From assembly GCF_902652985.1 (NCBI RefSeq), contig NC_047030.1, forward strand, positions 33,232,001-33,296,000: DNA of 64,000 nucleotides, read 5' to 3'. This document shows positions 1-13,700 of this stretch, one piece after another; within the stretch, counting starts at the first letter, position 1; every line of letters begins with the position of its first letter. The position numbers were made by a program, and so were the translations under genes. Source of the DNA: Pecten maximus (lineage: Eukaryota). A model generated the notes under the pieces. That model saw only the letters and a list, made by a program, of their open reading frames with translations, ran no database searches and was not told the origin of the DNA.

Positions 1-117
1 AAAAAAAAAAAAGATGCTGCTTGCTAGAAACGAAGTTAAATTATATTTGCTGTCGAACCCGCCGTAACAATTTCTAACAACGGAATCGATCGAACGCGCT
101 CATTATAACCTTCCAAC

Positions 118-3100
118 ATGGCTGCCAGATCGGAGGACGTTCTCGTCGATAAATGGGACAACTGCATTGTGGACACTTCATTGAAAACCGGTGAGAATTC
201 TTAAATTTTCGGGACTCTACTGTTCTATTACCATTAACAGTTGCAGCAAAAATGAATCATTAGATTTGGTATGCTTTTCTGACAGTCAATGTGATAAATT
301 TCTACAGGGTCACCTGTTTTGACGGATGATGCATAGGTGATTGTGGATAAGAATGTGATTTCGTTTTAGCAATAACATGCTTAATTCTAAACGTAAATGA
401 AATAGCAAAACATGCCATTGACAGTCTGATAGTAATTTGAGATATATGATATATATTTCATACCAGAAAAACAAGTCTAAAACAGGTCGGGGAGTACTCA
501 AGAGGCCGCTGGTCGGCCCTTTTTTCTATCGGCAGTATCGGATATGATTTTGCCGACTGCGTTACACGGCGCCTGTCAAAAGTATCTCGCCCTGTAAAAC
601 CTTTAACATTGTTGGAGTAATGTAAATATATATATATCATACATGTATATATTTGTCACTTGAAATGTGGAATGATAGTTGGAATTTGACTTCTGGACCT
701 GTAAATTGTTTTATAATTAAATGCGGAGGAAATTCGGTCTACCCACAGGTACTTCGGGTCAGAAACTAAATTTGATAATAACATTGTCTAATTTTAATTT
801 GTGACATCATTTCTTGTCTGTGTATGCACCGATACAACATTGGAATTGATTATAAAAGTGCTTAAAAAAAACCCACCTGTTTCTGGTTATAAAATTGATA
901 GTATAGTTTTAACATCCTGTAAGTGAAATTCAAAGATTACAGGAATGTCTTGTGCACTGTAATGCATTATATTTTGCAACCATATTATTATTTTCATTAA
1001 AAGTCTCATTATTTGTTATAATGCCAACCAGTTAAGCTAAAGGCACCTGTCATAAGTTTATTGTCCTGTAATCCTATAATTTTGTTTATATTTTTGTTGA
1101 AACTTTATAGTGAACAATATTGAGACAGTTGCGTTGTAGTAATAAAGAAATACATATATAAGAACTTCAAATTATTAATATTATCAAATACATGTAGATA
1201 TTTGATCTCATCAGTAATAACTTATTTAGTATACCTTTCTATGTATCTATAGATATAAAAGTAAACAGTTTATACATGTGTAGGTCACCTAACTATAGTT
1301 TAGCCAGACTACTGTTAGGAATTTTCCTTGGTGGGTACTAGACCTGCTTATTAGGGAAGGATAGGTCACTGCTTTCAGCCCCAAAGAGGGCCAGATATTT
1401 TCCCTGTCTCCTTCTATCAAATAAGGTGAAACTGACGTCATTTAACTTGTTGATTTCTGTCCTTCAGTTTCCGGGGCACTCATTGGAGGACTGTTATCAC
1501 TGACAAGATTTGGACAAACTAAAGGTAGGGATGGCTTGAGACCATTGGGTCAACTTTAAAAAGATGCTACATAGCCGACAGCAATTGTACACAAGCTGGT
1601 AAAAAATCCATAAAAAAGCACCTACTCAATTGAACTACATGTATAGATGTACATATCAACAACAAATGAAAAAAAAAATAGAACAGTGTCTAAATAATGG
1701 TTACTTATGAATTTACCAAAAATTACAAATACAAAACATAGATATATGGAGCACGATAAAATTTCTTTGAAATACAATTCATTATTTATTAAATTTAAAA
1801 TACAAAATTAGAAGCTCGAAATCGAATAATTTTAGGTTGGCAATAACATAAAGTATTTAACTTTTGGTATTATATAAATTATATACATTCTGTACTACAG
1901 CCTATTACTGTTTTTGATAAAAACTCTTTGTCAGGGATGAAGTGCCTTAATAGCTTGGGTATGTGTACATGTATATGTGATAATTACTGATGTGCAAATT
2001 AATAAATTGTTGTATGTTGCTATTGTAGCAAATTTATTAAAATACAAATCTCCTTTGAAATTTTGGTAAAGTATGCTGTTACACAATGCCCTCCTCATTA
2101 AAAGCAGCTTGCTCAATTTTCCAAGTAGAAGGAATAAAAGTACTTTAATTAGTTCTTTCTCAATGTTCATAAATAAAAGTATTTATGAAAATGTGAAACT
2201 ACTTGGCAAGCTAAGACTCCTAAAAATAAAACCTTAATATGCGATTGATTATGCATTCTTTAATCAGGTGGATCAAGATGGTCAATTTTTTTCTTCACTG
2301 GTGTTGGACTTGGGATGGGAATGGCCAACTGCAACAATGAATTCAAATATCCAAATCTCTTGAAGCTGAAACAGGTGAGCTACATTAAAGTAATATTGGT
2401 TTACGAGGTGCTCACAATCAATCTGTTATTGCCCAGAAATACTTGTCTGCCATTAAATTTGGGATACCTGTAGGTTGGAAATTCAAGGATGTTTCTTTGT
2501 TGAATTAAGATCTTTACTTTTTGTAGTGTGAACTTTGTGGTAATATTTAGTGATAATGTATTTTGACAATATGTTCTATGGTAGGTGTCATACCCTCATG
2601 CATTATGGAGAATCTTATATCTAGCTATTTGTAATTGTTATTTCAAGAAGTTGTCATTGAACATTCAGAATAATGTCGTTAGCTATTGGCTGATCAACCA
2701 AAGTATTACCCAGGACCAATTTAATATCAAACATTTCTTCGTGGATGTCATGCAACTGATGAAGATATGAATTCATTTTATTACAATGTATATCAGCATG
2801 AGTACTATATTGACACTGAAAGATCTGGTCTGGTAGGACATGGAGACATACTAAATGTATTGTATCGTGGCTTTTTCTCAATGGTTTCGGATGGGGCCTT
2901 TTTTGTCTTATCTTGGGAAGAATATTTGTGAATTGGGGGGAAAAATCTGAGTTGATTGCAAATTTGTGGAATTTAGCTTTAATTTGAAATAATTTTAATT
3001 GGGAATGGGGCCCAGTGATAGCCCAGACAGCCCAGAGAAAAAGCCTTGTGTATATATGTTTGTTTGATTACTTCAATGACTACACAGGCAAAATGTCTTC

Positions 3101-3878
3101 ATGTCAATTTGACCTGAAAACAAAATTGACCTGAAATTTACCTGAAAATGACCTGAAAATGAGGTCAATTTCACATGAAGAAATGTTCAGGTCAATTTCA
3201 GGTCATTTTCAGGTCAAATCTTCATATGAAATTGAGGTGAAATTTTTTATGTCACTTTCAGGTCAATTTGACCTGAAAAAGTCTTCATGTCAATTTGAGG
3301 TAAATTTCAGGTCAAATTGACATGAAAATATCTTGATATGAATTCAGGTCAAATTCATGTAAAGAAATTGACCTGAATATATGACATGAAATTGACCTGA
3401 ATTTGACCTGAAATTTTTTTATATCAAATTTAGGTTAATTTCAGATCAAATTCAGGTCAATTTCAGGTCAAATTCAGGTCAATTTCTTGAAATGAATGGA
3501 CTAATCTGCTCTATTCAGGTCAATTTGACATGGGAATCTTGACCTGACCTGAATTGACCTGAATTGACATGAAGACATTTTGCCTGTGTATCATAAAGAA
3601 GTTAATCAAAAGAAGGATGTACACTGCAACTTTTCCTGATGCCCTATCCATTCCTTTTTTTTCAGCAGAATTTGTTGAAATGAAAATAGGTGATTATAGG
3701 TAACAGGCAAATTCCAAGATACAAGCCATTTTCATTATGTAAAAATTGTAAATAAAAAAGAAGTATTTTGGAAGAAAGATCCTTATTATTAAATGGTTGA
3801 TGTTCTAGGACTCATAATAGTGCTATACTTAATAATAAGATTAATTTCTCTTATTTTCAGGATGCAAAAACATCATAG
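118..3878 (+). CDS. MICOS10: MICOS complex subunit Mic10, 4 coding exons (118-190, 1468-1524, 2268-2374, 3861-3878), about 84 aa
   Basis: Spliced translation MAARSEDVLVDKWDNCIVDTSLKTVSGALIGGLLSLTRFGQTKGGSRWSIFFFTGVGLGMGMANCNNEFKYPNLLKLKQDAKTS*. It has the Mic10 KWDxC motif, two Gly-rich TM segments and GxGxGMxxxNC. All introns are GT-AG with consistent phase. Not in the ORF track because the exons are short. Confidence 0.92.
2869..3045. mobile_element. possible small MITE in MICOS10 intron 3
   Basis: 11-bp inverted ends GGCTTTTTCTC ... GAGAAAAAGCC; no clear TSD. Confidence 0.35.
3081..3590. mobile_element. non-autonomous DNA transposon (MITE/foldback-like)
   Basis: 29-bp perfect inverted ends TACACAGGCAAAATGTCTTCATGTCAATT (TA may be the TSD, giving CAC...GTG termini). 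The interior consists of many TTGACCTGAA/TTCAGGTCAA motifs in both orientations. Confidence 0.85.
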
Positions 3879-4556
3879 TGATGGAAGTGCTTAGAAGTGT
3901 CAACATTTTTTTTAATGGATGAGAAAGAGTTGTTGTGAGAAGCGACTTTTTGTGAAAGAATTTTCCAAATGCTAGTGATTGTGATTTCATCTCTAATGGA
4001 CCATTTTATGATGCAGAGTTGACGTTTTCAGGAGTTACTTCCCTTGTATCTGTGAAAAGGTGAAAAAATTAGTCCACACCAAACAATTCGCCTTGGAATA
4101 GGATCAACAACAAATAGAAAAATGAAGTGGAAATCATATTCTAGTATTCTTATTGTATAATAAACCTTGTTATATTTAAAATATGATGTAATTGTATGTT
4201 TCAGTGTAATGAAAGTTAATGTAGGGCTCTTTAAATATTTCATGATCATGACTAAGTACATCTGCACTACAGATGGAGTAAACCCTCTTTACAATGTCAC
4301 ATTCAACAGCAGAAAAGTCAATCTTGGCGATATGGAGAACATAGCAATAAAATAAGAACTAATGTGATCTTTACAAAAAATATATATTGATAACATAATA
4401 ATACACTAGAAAAAATAACAGGAATTTTTTTTGTTATAATTTTTTGATAATAGGAAGAGACAGAAAAGAGAAGTACCACATTATGTAAATTGTTATATGT
4501 GTTATATGTGACCAATACAAACTTGATATAAAGAGTATAAATCATGTTTCACTTAA

Positions 4557-4760
4557 TTTTTAGCTCACCTTGTGAAGGATACCAATGATCTTTTGTCATA
4601 GCACATCGTTATCTGTCTCGTGTCCATCTTGCATGTGCAAACATTTCCTTAAATTAGTCCTGAATGGCTGATTTGAATGTGATTATATGGTGAAGGAGGC
4701 TCACTGCTGTATAGATAGGTGATCTTGTTACACCAGTACTGAGATATATAAATCTTCATT
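4557..4760 (+). mobile_element. truncated Helentron/HINE-like element 5' end
   Basis: Starts TTTTTAGCTCACCT, followed by a GTC-rich segment, like the better preserved copies nearby. The right boundary is approximate. Confidence 0.4.
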
Positions 4761-5469
4761 CTGTATATCTTTATGGATTTTAAGCAGACGTTGTGGCCCA
4801 AAATTACAAAAAAAAAAAAAGAACTGCATATCATTTTTGCATTTCTCTAACCATTTTTAAACTCTTTATTTTATAAAACACTGGGAAATTCTTAATATTT
4901 GTCCAAAACAAGATTTCATAATTTTTCAAGAAAAAAATTGTATCTTAAACAAAATAGGTCAATAATATCCGTAATGAACAAGGGGATCAAACATATTTTA
5001 TCACCTACTGGAGTATTTCAATGACTTGTTCCTCTCCCTCTGCCCCTGGGTAGTCAGATTGTTTGAGTCTCCTTGATCAAATAATGATCTGAACCAAATT
5101 TTATCAAAGAGAAAATTCAGTCAACTAACAGCCTTACTCAGGACCAGGTATTGGAGTTGATACTGGTATAGCATGTTGTGGATGTCCATTATGACCAGTT
5201 TACAGCATTTCTGAAGCCGACGAAATTATTTAATTGTACATCTCGCCCTTCTACTAGGAAAAAATTATATAGCAGTGAGTTTTTATCTCGGCTTACTGCT
5301 TTTTTCCTTGTCACTTTCAATCTAAAATATCAGATACCACAATCTCTATCTTAAAAAATCACAAAATATCTAGATCTATGAACAAATTATAATGATACCT
5401 GCACTTTATGTAAATATAAATAAAGTATTTTATGGTTGTTTGATTCTTCAAGCTGAATGAAATGAGACT

Positions 5470-6562
5470 CTAAAGCTAACCTGAAAAAAGCTTCCATTTC
5501 CTTTTGTCTGGTAGCATGCGTCGTGCAGTGTGCATTATGCACTGTGAGTCCTAAACTATTGACATTTTTGACTTTTCAATAATCAAGAGGCAAAGAGTCA
5601 TGGTACTGGGCCAGTAGCATGCTGAGATGAAGTGTTGTTCAAATGAATGACCTTGACCTACTTTCAAGGTCAGGAGTGAAATGTAATATGTTGAAATCTG
5701 TAAATGACTTCTTTCATTTAGCATGAGGGCCAGAGTCATGATATCTGGCCAGTAGCAGACTAAGATGAAAGGCTACTATATATGTCTGCTCGACCTTGAC
5801 TCACATTCAAGGTTACAGGTGTCAAATATATTGAATTTTAAAACCATTTCTTCTCATCTACCAGCCATATACAGTACTGATATTAGGCTCGTAACATGTT
5901 GGGATAAAGGGCTACCAAAGTTAATCATATGAATGACCTTAGCCTTCTATGTAAAATATGTTAAAAATCTGTAAAGGACTTCTTCTCGTCAACTTAGAGG
6001 CACAGAGTCATGATATTGGGCAAGTAGCAGGCTATAATGAGGGGTTACGACGTTTGTTTAAATGAGTGACCTTGACCTACTTTCATTGTCAAAGGTGTCA
6101 AATGTATTCAAATCGTTAAACAATTTCTTATTAAATAAGATGTCCAAAGTCATGGAATTGGGCTAGTATCATGTCGGGATGAAGTGCTATCAAAGTTGTC
6201 AAAATCAATGTCCTTTCAAGGTCACACAGATTAAATATATTAATAGATAAGACAAAAAAAACATTCGCAATAATCAAGAGGCATAATATTGGACATGTCG
6301 GTATGAAGTTCACAAAGGTCAAATGTGTTAAAATTTTTAACCGACTTCTCAATAACCAAGAGGTCCAAGGTCAAGATATTGGGCCATGGTTGGATAACAG
6401 ACTGAACATGCACACAGTTTGTTTGATTATATGACCTCGACTTATCTTGAAAGTCACACTGGTAGAATCCGTTAAATTCTTAATTTAAAGAATAAAGAAA
6501 AACATTAAATATCAATCTGTATATCAGAACGCAGGTGACTGTTAAGACCCATGGGCCTCTTC
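5470..6562 (+). mobile_element. Helentron/HINE-like non-autonomous element with internal tandem array
   Basis: About six diverged internal repeats containing TGACCTTGACCTACTTTCAAGGTCA. The 3' end is CAGGTGAC followed by the short hairpin GACCCATGGGCC and a T-rich flank. Confidence 0.65.
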
Positions 6563-6594
6563 TTTTCTTTTGAATGTTGACATTTTGTCGTCTC

Positions 6595-7370
6595 TTATTA
6601 GGTCATCTAACGATGACCTATAGCCATCGTGCTTCGTCCGTCCGACGTCGGTAAACTTTTCACATTTTAAACTTCTAATCCAGTTCTACCAATGGGATTG
6701 AGCTGAAACTTGCCAGAAATGATCCTGAGACGATCCTGAACAAGTGTTGTTATTTTTCGGGCCGATCCGAAATCCAAGATGGCCGCCATAGCCGCCATCT
6801 TGAAAAACACATCTTAAACTTCTTCTCAAGTTCTACAAATGGGATTGAGCTGAAACTTGCCAGAAATGATCCTGAGACGATCCTGAGCATGTGTTGTTAT
6901 TTTTCGGGTCGATCTGAAATCTAAAATGGCCGTCGTAGCCGCCATCTTCAAAAACACATTTTAAACTTCTTCTCTGGTTCCACTGGTGCCATTGAGCTTG
7001 AAATTGGTGATAATGTTAAGGAAGGGGAGCCAACAAAGTGTTTTTATTTTTCGGCCTTGTAAAAACTTTGACATGGCAGCCACGGCGGCCATTTTGTCAC
7101 ATGCTTGCGCAATCATGGTTTTCCTGAACGACACCTATTTCAAACTTCTTCTCAAATTCCACCAGTGGTATTCAGCTCTTATAGCTTACCAGAAATGATC
7201 CTGAGATAGTCATGATCAAGTGTTGTAATTTTTCGGGTTGATCCAAACTCCAAGATGGCCACCATGGCCGACAGTGCCACTATACTCGCTACAGAGAATG
7301 CATACTAAAATAGTATACGGGTCTTTAATTTAGAGTCAGATGACCGTTAAGGCCCTTGGGCCTCTTGTTT
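6595..7370 (+). mobile_element. Helentron/HINE-like (pearl-like) element with about 147-bp internal repeats
   Basis: 5' TTATTAGGTCATCT with a short hairpin, then a CGTC-type microsatellite. Repeats start near 6670, 6816, 6963 and 7142. The 3' end has the inverted subterminal AGATGACC and the terminal hairpin AGGCCCTTGGGCCT-CTTGTTT. Confidence 0.8.
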
Positions 7371-7746
7371 GAAATGCTGACATGTCTTTGGACTTGTATC
7401 TTTGGAGTTGGAATTTTACTTCACACAACTGCAGTGTGTTACATATGAGTCATTGAATATCGATTGGTATTCACATGTGATATATCCTCTATATACATTC
7501 GCGAGTTAAGCTGTTTCAAAACAAGCCATGTTGATTGATAAATGCGACCACTAGAAAAGATGAAGTTTTATTAACAAAATGCGATTTAAAGACAATATGG
7601 ATTTTTTTTTTTAGAAATTATGTCCTGGAAAAATTCACATTTGGTGACGTAAACTTTATAACTTCGTCATACATACATTTTCAACTCTGACAATAACATA
7701 TACTGAATTATTATGTACATACAAACGATAAAGAACGCTATGATTG

Positions 7747-10700
7747 CTACCCATGACAAAGGCCCAATATGTGGGTTTTGAATTCCAGAAACAACAATGG
7801 TATGTCTAGTAAGAAAAGGCCACCAAAAACCACAGTGAGTAGAGAGGCGCCCATGTAACCCATGGCAGCGGATGATTTGCGGGAATCTTCGGCACACGTG
7901 ATACGGCGCCTTGACGACGACAGCGCCCTCCTATTAACTGACGTTTTCTTCTTCAAACTGTCCAGATTTTCTTGTAACTCCTTTGTAATATTTATTGTAT
8001 TGATGATGTAGTTGGAACAGGAACAAGGGCTGCAGTATGGGTTGCCGGCATAGCAACTTGAGTCTGAAAGACAATGTGATCATTACAACAATATATTTAA
8101 TCAATAACAGCAAAGTAAGATCAATGGGATAATTACAATATAATTACTTAATTAATAACATTTAAGTGAGAACAATGTGATCATTACAACAATATATTTA
8201 ATCAATAACAGCAAAGTAAGATCAATGGGATAATTACAATATAATTATTTAATTAATAACATTTAAGTGAGAACAATGTTATCATTACAACAATATATTT
8301 AATCAATAACAACAAATTGAGAACAATGTTATCATTACAACAATATATTCAATCAATAACAACAAAGTGAAAACAATGGGATAATTACAACAGTATATTT
8401 AATCAATAACAGCAAAGTGAGAGATGGCTGATGAAGACCTACCCTACCCTCTTATCAATCAAATGAATCTCTTCAGGGGATCATGAGATATAATTTGTAG
8501 ATGTACTTTTTGAAAGTTGCCAAGCGGGATCTTTGGCATTGACCTTGACCAATGAAGAACAAAATCTGATGTGCTTGTAGAATTTTATGCGGTAATGTTA
8601 AAGTGAGTATATGAACATATATATGACCTGTACACAAGTTTTGTTTTTTTTATTTCAAAAGTTGACAAGTGTGACATTTAACTTTTCGACCTTGATTGGA
8701 CAGCATGATCAAGTCAGGTATAAGAGGTGTGAAACTTGATGATGTGATGTTATGATGCACTTATAAACTAAATCTGCTCAGGTGACCATGAGATATTGTG
8801 TACACAAGGTTTATGGCGAATGGATGGACGGCCTAACGTATACGCACACACCCTGATGCACAAATTGATTACTATATAACCCACCACCCACCACACCCAT
8901 GTTATAAAATATATCCCCCAATTTTAGCAGCGAAGAAACTTGGCGATCGACACGAATTCACTTTTAGAACTCGAATATAAGCCATCAAAGGAATCATGGA
9001 ATTTTGTACACTACAGTAGTCTAACCCACTAGCTCTCCTGAGTCTTTTATTTGTGAAGTAAAATGTTTAGGTGGGGCAGAAATAATAATATAATTCACCT
9101 AAAAGGAGGAAACTATACTGTATATATTATGTCGCAACAAGCTGTGTAGATTTTAAATCTAGATAAAATTACGTTTTAATAAGTTTACGATAAAAATACA
9201 ACGCACGTTTTTAAAGGTAAACGTGAAAATAAATTGCATTTACGTCAAAGAAAAGTTCTAACTCAAAACTGCAGAATCATTTTTAGCTCACTGGTTACGA
9301 GTAAATGTGAGCTAATGCTGTACCCCCAGCTTCCGCGTCGGCGTCGGCGTCCCATCTCACTATAAATGTTTTTGAAAGCTGGTAAGTCCAAAAGTATACA
9401 CCTCACACCCTTCGAATTTGGTTTATACATTTATACATGTAAGAGGTCTAGGAGTGATTTTATCGCAAAATAATGCAGAAAACAATGTGATATTTTCGCA
9501 TTTTACCATTTTCTGACCTGATTTTTTTGGCACCAAAACCTGCGTTTTTGGAAAACTTGTAAGTTCATACCTTTCTAATTTGGTTTATGCATCCATTAGA
9601 GTATAAGGAGTGATATTTTGTGACGTACAATTTTAAGATGACATGCTTATTCATATGTGCTTAAAAAATGAGTGCGTAGTGTTGTTAACAAAAGTAACTG
9701 TTATCTGTAAACAAGAAATACTTATCGCATCCTCAATACAGAATTTCAACTCGTATCAATGTCAATGGCGTTTTGCACAAGTTGTTTTGGGAAAATGTAT
9801 TAAAAGGTTGGAAAAAGAGGAACAGGGGTTCCGGAAGAATAAGAATTCAGAGCTTCAACGAAAGCATAAACATAAATAGATACAATTTTTAAAAAGTAAA
9901 TAAATAACAAAACAATGGTTAAATCTGGATAACGTGATATAATCTTACCTCCCACTTCACACTTTGAACAGATGACACCATTATCTGCGGATGTGTCACA
10001 AAGGGAAGTTGCCCAGGTACCTGTTCCGTCTATCAACACACACCTGTGACTAGATTGTGTTGTGTTTAAACCATTTGCCCAATCCTGGATATCTCCGAAA
10101 GATGTTTTCAATTGTCGACTACTATTATGTACTTTATAGTTCAAAAAGAAATTTAGGAACCTGCAATAACAAGTATAAAAGTCATGGTTACATCTTGTAA
10201 TTAATGACGTGTAAAATAACTCCGTTTTAGGTCACCTGAGCGAACCCCGGTGACCTTTTCCAATGCGTCTTCGTCCGTCGCCGTCAATAGTCCGTCATTC
10301 ATCGTTCATCGTTAGATAGCATTTTGACATTATCAACTTAAAAAAAAAAAAAAAAAAAAAATCCTTAACCAATTTTGATGAAATTTACTGAAATTTCAAA
10401 AGTCTTCTCAAGACCCAAATATGGTAGAATCAAATTGAAGGAAAGGTCATTAACTTTTTTTTTTAATTGTTAAATGGCTCCTGGATTTCATGTCTCCTCG
10501 TGGGGAGAAGCTTAACTTTACTATTTCAAATCTTATATATGCAAGAACTGTTTAGAATTAAAAAAAACATAGAAGATAGTAACATGTTAACGACTAAGGT
10601 AATTATAAGGCAAATGGGCCTCCTGTTTCATCTTTATGGGGCGTATCCCACTCGTGAAAACGTATTCTTCGTTGTAGGCATACGAAATAAAGGGAAAGTA

Positions 10701-13700
10701 TAAAACGTGACTTAAGCGACAATATGTTAACTATTTCTGACCGTAGGTATCTGTATTCTGACAAAATAAAACAAGAGCCTATTATGTTGCAATGTTTGAA
10801 GTATTACGGACGGTCATTTTGTATTAACCTTTGCACTGGGCAAATTCAATACAGATACAGTACACGTAGAAAGAAGCATTTAAATATCTGCATGATGAAG
10901 TACCTTATTTATTGCTTTGTTTATTCTCTAAATATATTGTATTGTGCGGTCGCTTACCTGCCCGATATAAGATCTTTCACAACCGCGTTGGCACCTGCAT
11001 CAGGTATGATGGGTAAATGACCTCCACTATGTGTACAGAAATCGGAGGCCAGCTGCTGTTTCCCTGTGAGGGTAGCTTCGTCCATTGCCCAGTAACAGAT
11101 AACCTTCCCTTGGTGGTTGTACCGTACCGCAGACGGAGGACACACTGATTGTGTTGTTGTTGTCCCAGCAGTTGTTGTTGTTGTCGATTCTGGGGAGGAT
11201 ATGGTTGTCTCTTGATGTGTGGTGATCGGGTTTGGTTGTTGTGCAGTGGTTTTCATCTGTGTGAGTTGGGGAATGCTGGTGGTATTTGTTGGATGCGGGA
11301 CGTTCACATTGGGTGCCGTAGGAGGTGTGGCAGTTTTGTTTACTGTCGGAGTGGTCGGATTCGAAGTCGATTGCGGGGTGCTGGTGGTATTTAGAATTGG
11401 GGTGATCTGATTGGTTGCCGATGGTGTGGTGCTAGCGGTATTTGAAATTGGGTTTGTCTGATTGGTTGCCAATGGTGTGGTGCTGGCGGTATTTGAAATT
11501 GGGTTTGTCTGATTGGTTGCCAATGGTGTGGTGCTGGCGGTATTTGAAATTGGGGTCGTCTGATTCGGTGCCGATGGCGTGGTGCTGGCAGTATTTGAAG
11601 TCAGCATTGTCGGTTTTGTTGTTGAATCCGAAGTGTTCACGGTATTTTGAGTTGTTAATGTCTGATTTGCCTGATGATGTGCGTGAGTTGTCATTGGCGT
11701 TGTTTGCGAAGTATTGGTCGTATTTATAGTCGAGATGGGCAAATTCGAAGGTTGTGGCACGGTTACCATATTCGTATGACCGCCAGGCTTACCTGTTAAC
11801 TGGATGACGTTCGTCGTATTGGGAGGGGGAGACATGGGCGTCGAGTTTGGTGATTGCGGGGAAGTCGTTGAACTTTCTTGCGTTTAAAAAAACAAAACAA
11901 ACGATGATTGATAAATTGCGAGAACTGATAGGTATTGCGGGACGCATAGCATCTTGTCATCAATGTTAACTTTTAAACATTTTCTTCAATTCCATATTAC
12001 GTGACTCGTAAAACTATATTTGTGATGGTCTTAATTATGCAGATACACCAACAGTTTAAGCTATGGATATGAAATTGTGAATATGTTTTACATTTGTTTT
12101 GGATTATCCAAGTTTTTTTTTTTTTTTTTTTTAGCAATAACATTCCATCGCCGGAAAAAATAAGATAGAAATTCTTGAAAATAGTACTTCATAAATGTTG
12201 TTTTCTTTCATACCTTGACAAACTGTGAATGGTTCTACGCATCCATTTGATAGTGGATGTTCATCCTGTCCACAAATCTGCAACAAACAATACCGGCTAT
12301 ATTTATTATAAACATACAACATGCGATGGTTTTAAATAGCTGTTGACCGTGAAATGGAATCTTACAAGATATCGAACTTCTGTAAACTGCATACCTGTCT
12401 GAAATTGTTTTCTAATGATGCTACATCACCAACAAAAGAAATTTATGTACGATTGACTGTTTGTGGTAAAGTAAATATGAAATGCTTTACGCTTTTACCA
12501 TAATCGAAAGGCTAAAAGCTTATCTTTCCATTATAAAGTTCAAAATAAATAAATGATTAATTGCATCCCGCGGGAAAATATCTTGTACTCTGTACTTCGC
12601 CTGTAACTTTCTGTCTTTCAAGAAATCATAAGTTTTCATATATTGGTTTGATTAAATACATGTTTATCATGAGTGCCATTTTATGCAATTTGTAATGAGC
12701 AGTGTATACGCTTTTTGCGGTTTAGCATCTTTAAGGCATCTTTAACGAGTATCGACTGTCAATAAAATGATTAAGGAACTTAAATATCGTATAGTTCATT
12801 TGAGGAAGCATTTAGGGAAATATGGTATATGCATATACTTAAATTCAAGATAACTTCGTTCGGTGAAAACTTCCATAACCTGCTATTGGCATGTCGGATA
12901 TTGTCAATAGTACAAGGTTTAAACACGCGGAATATTACCCAATCAAAGCATCGTCTGTTTTATTTGACATAGATTAGTTGTAAATAGATCACATGTAACG
13001 AAATAACGTATGATATTTTCATTTGCCTTACATATTTAGCGAGAGAAGCTATTTTTGTATGTTAACAGGGATTTGTTATCGGTATGATGATGATGAGTTG
13101 GTGAAAAAAAGATTCGTTTATTATCAATTCAATTATAAGTATACACCGCGCCATCATCAATTTGATGACGGAAACGGATTACGCCAAGATAACACTGCAA
13201 AGGGCGGTGACACATTCAGTATAAAGCGCGTGTGTACTTTTTGTAAGTTGGAAAGTACAGATGTATTTTCTCGAAAATTGAAGACGCACGTAGGATATTT
13301 TCAAGAAAGTAGTTTTTTTCTAAACGTGAAAATGTTAAATCAACGGTTTATATTCAGAGGATGATACATGTTTTGCACATGCGATAAACATATATTAGAA
13401 TTATATATGTTGTATATCATTAAAGCATTTACTCTAAATATAAAAAAAAAGCGAATACCTGGTATATGACATACAGAAGAACGACAACAGGATCTTCTAA
13501 AAGACAATTATCTTCATTTGTTTTAGCAAAGAAGATTTATAGAACCATGATGTCTCAAATCTAGCCTAAGTATACATACCGTAAATTGCCTTGTTGTTTT
13601 CCTGCCGAGAGATGTGATAAAAAGTCTTTCATTAATATCTACACTCCACATATATCCACCGAAGGTATATCCGTCATCTGTTTTTAAATGTTGGATCGAG

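Noticed and set aside
11149-11729. Plus-strand Cys/Val/Trp-rich ORFs
   Set aside because: Antisense shadows of the Thr/Pro-rich mucin exon.
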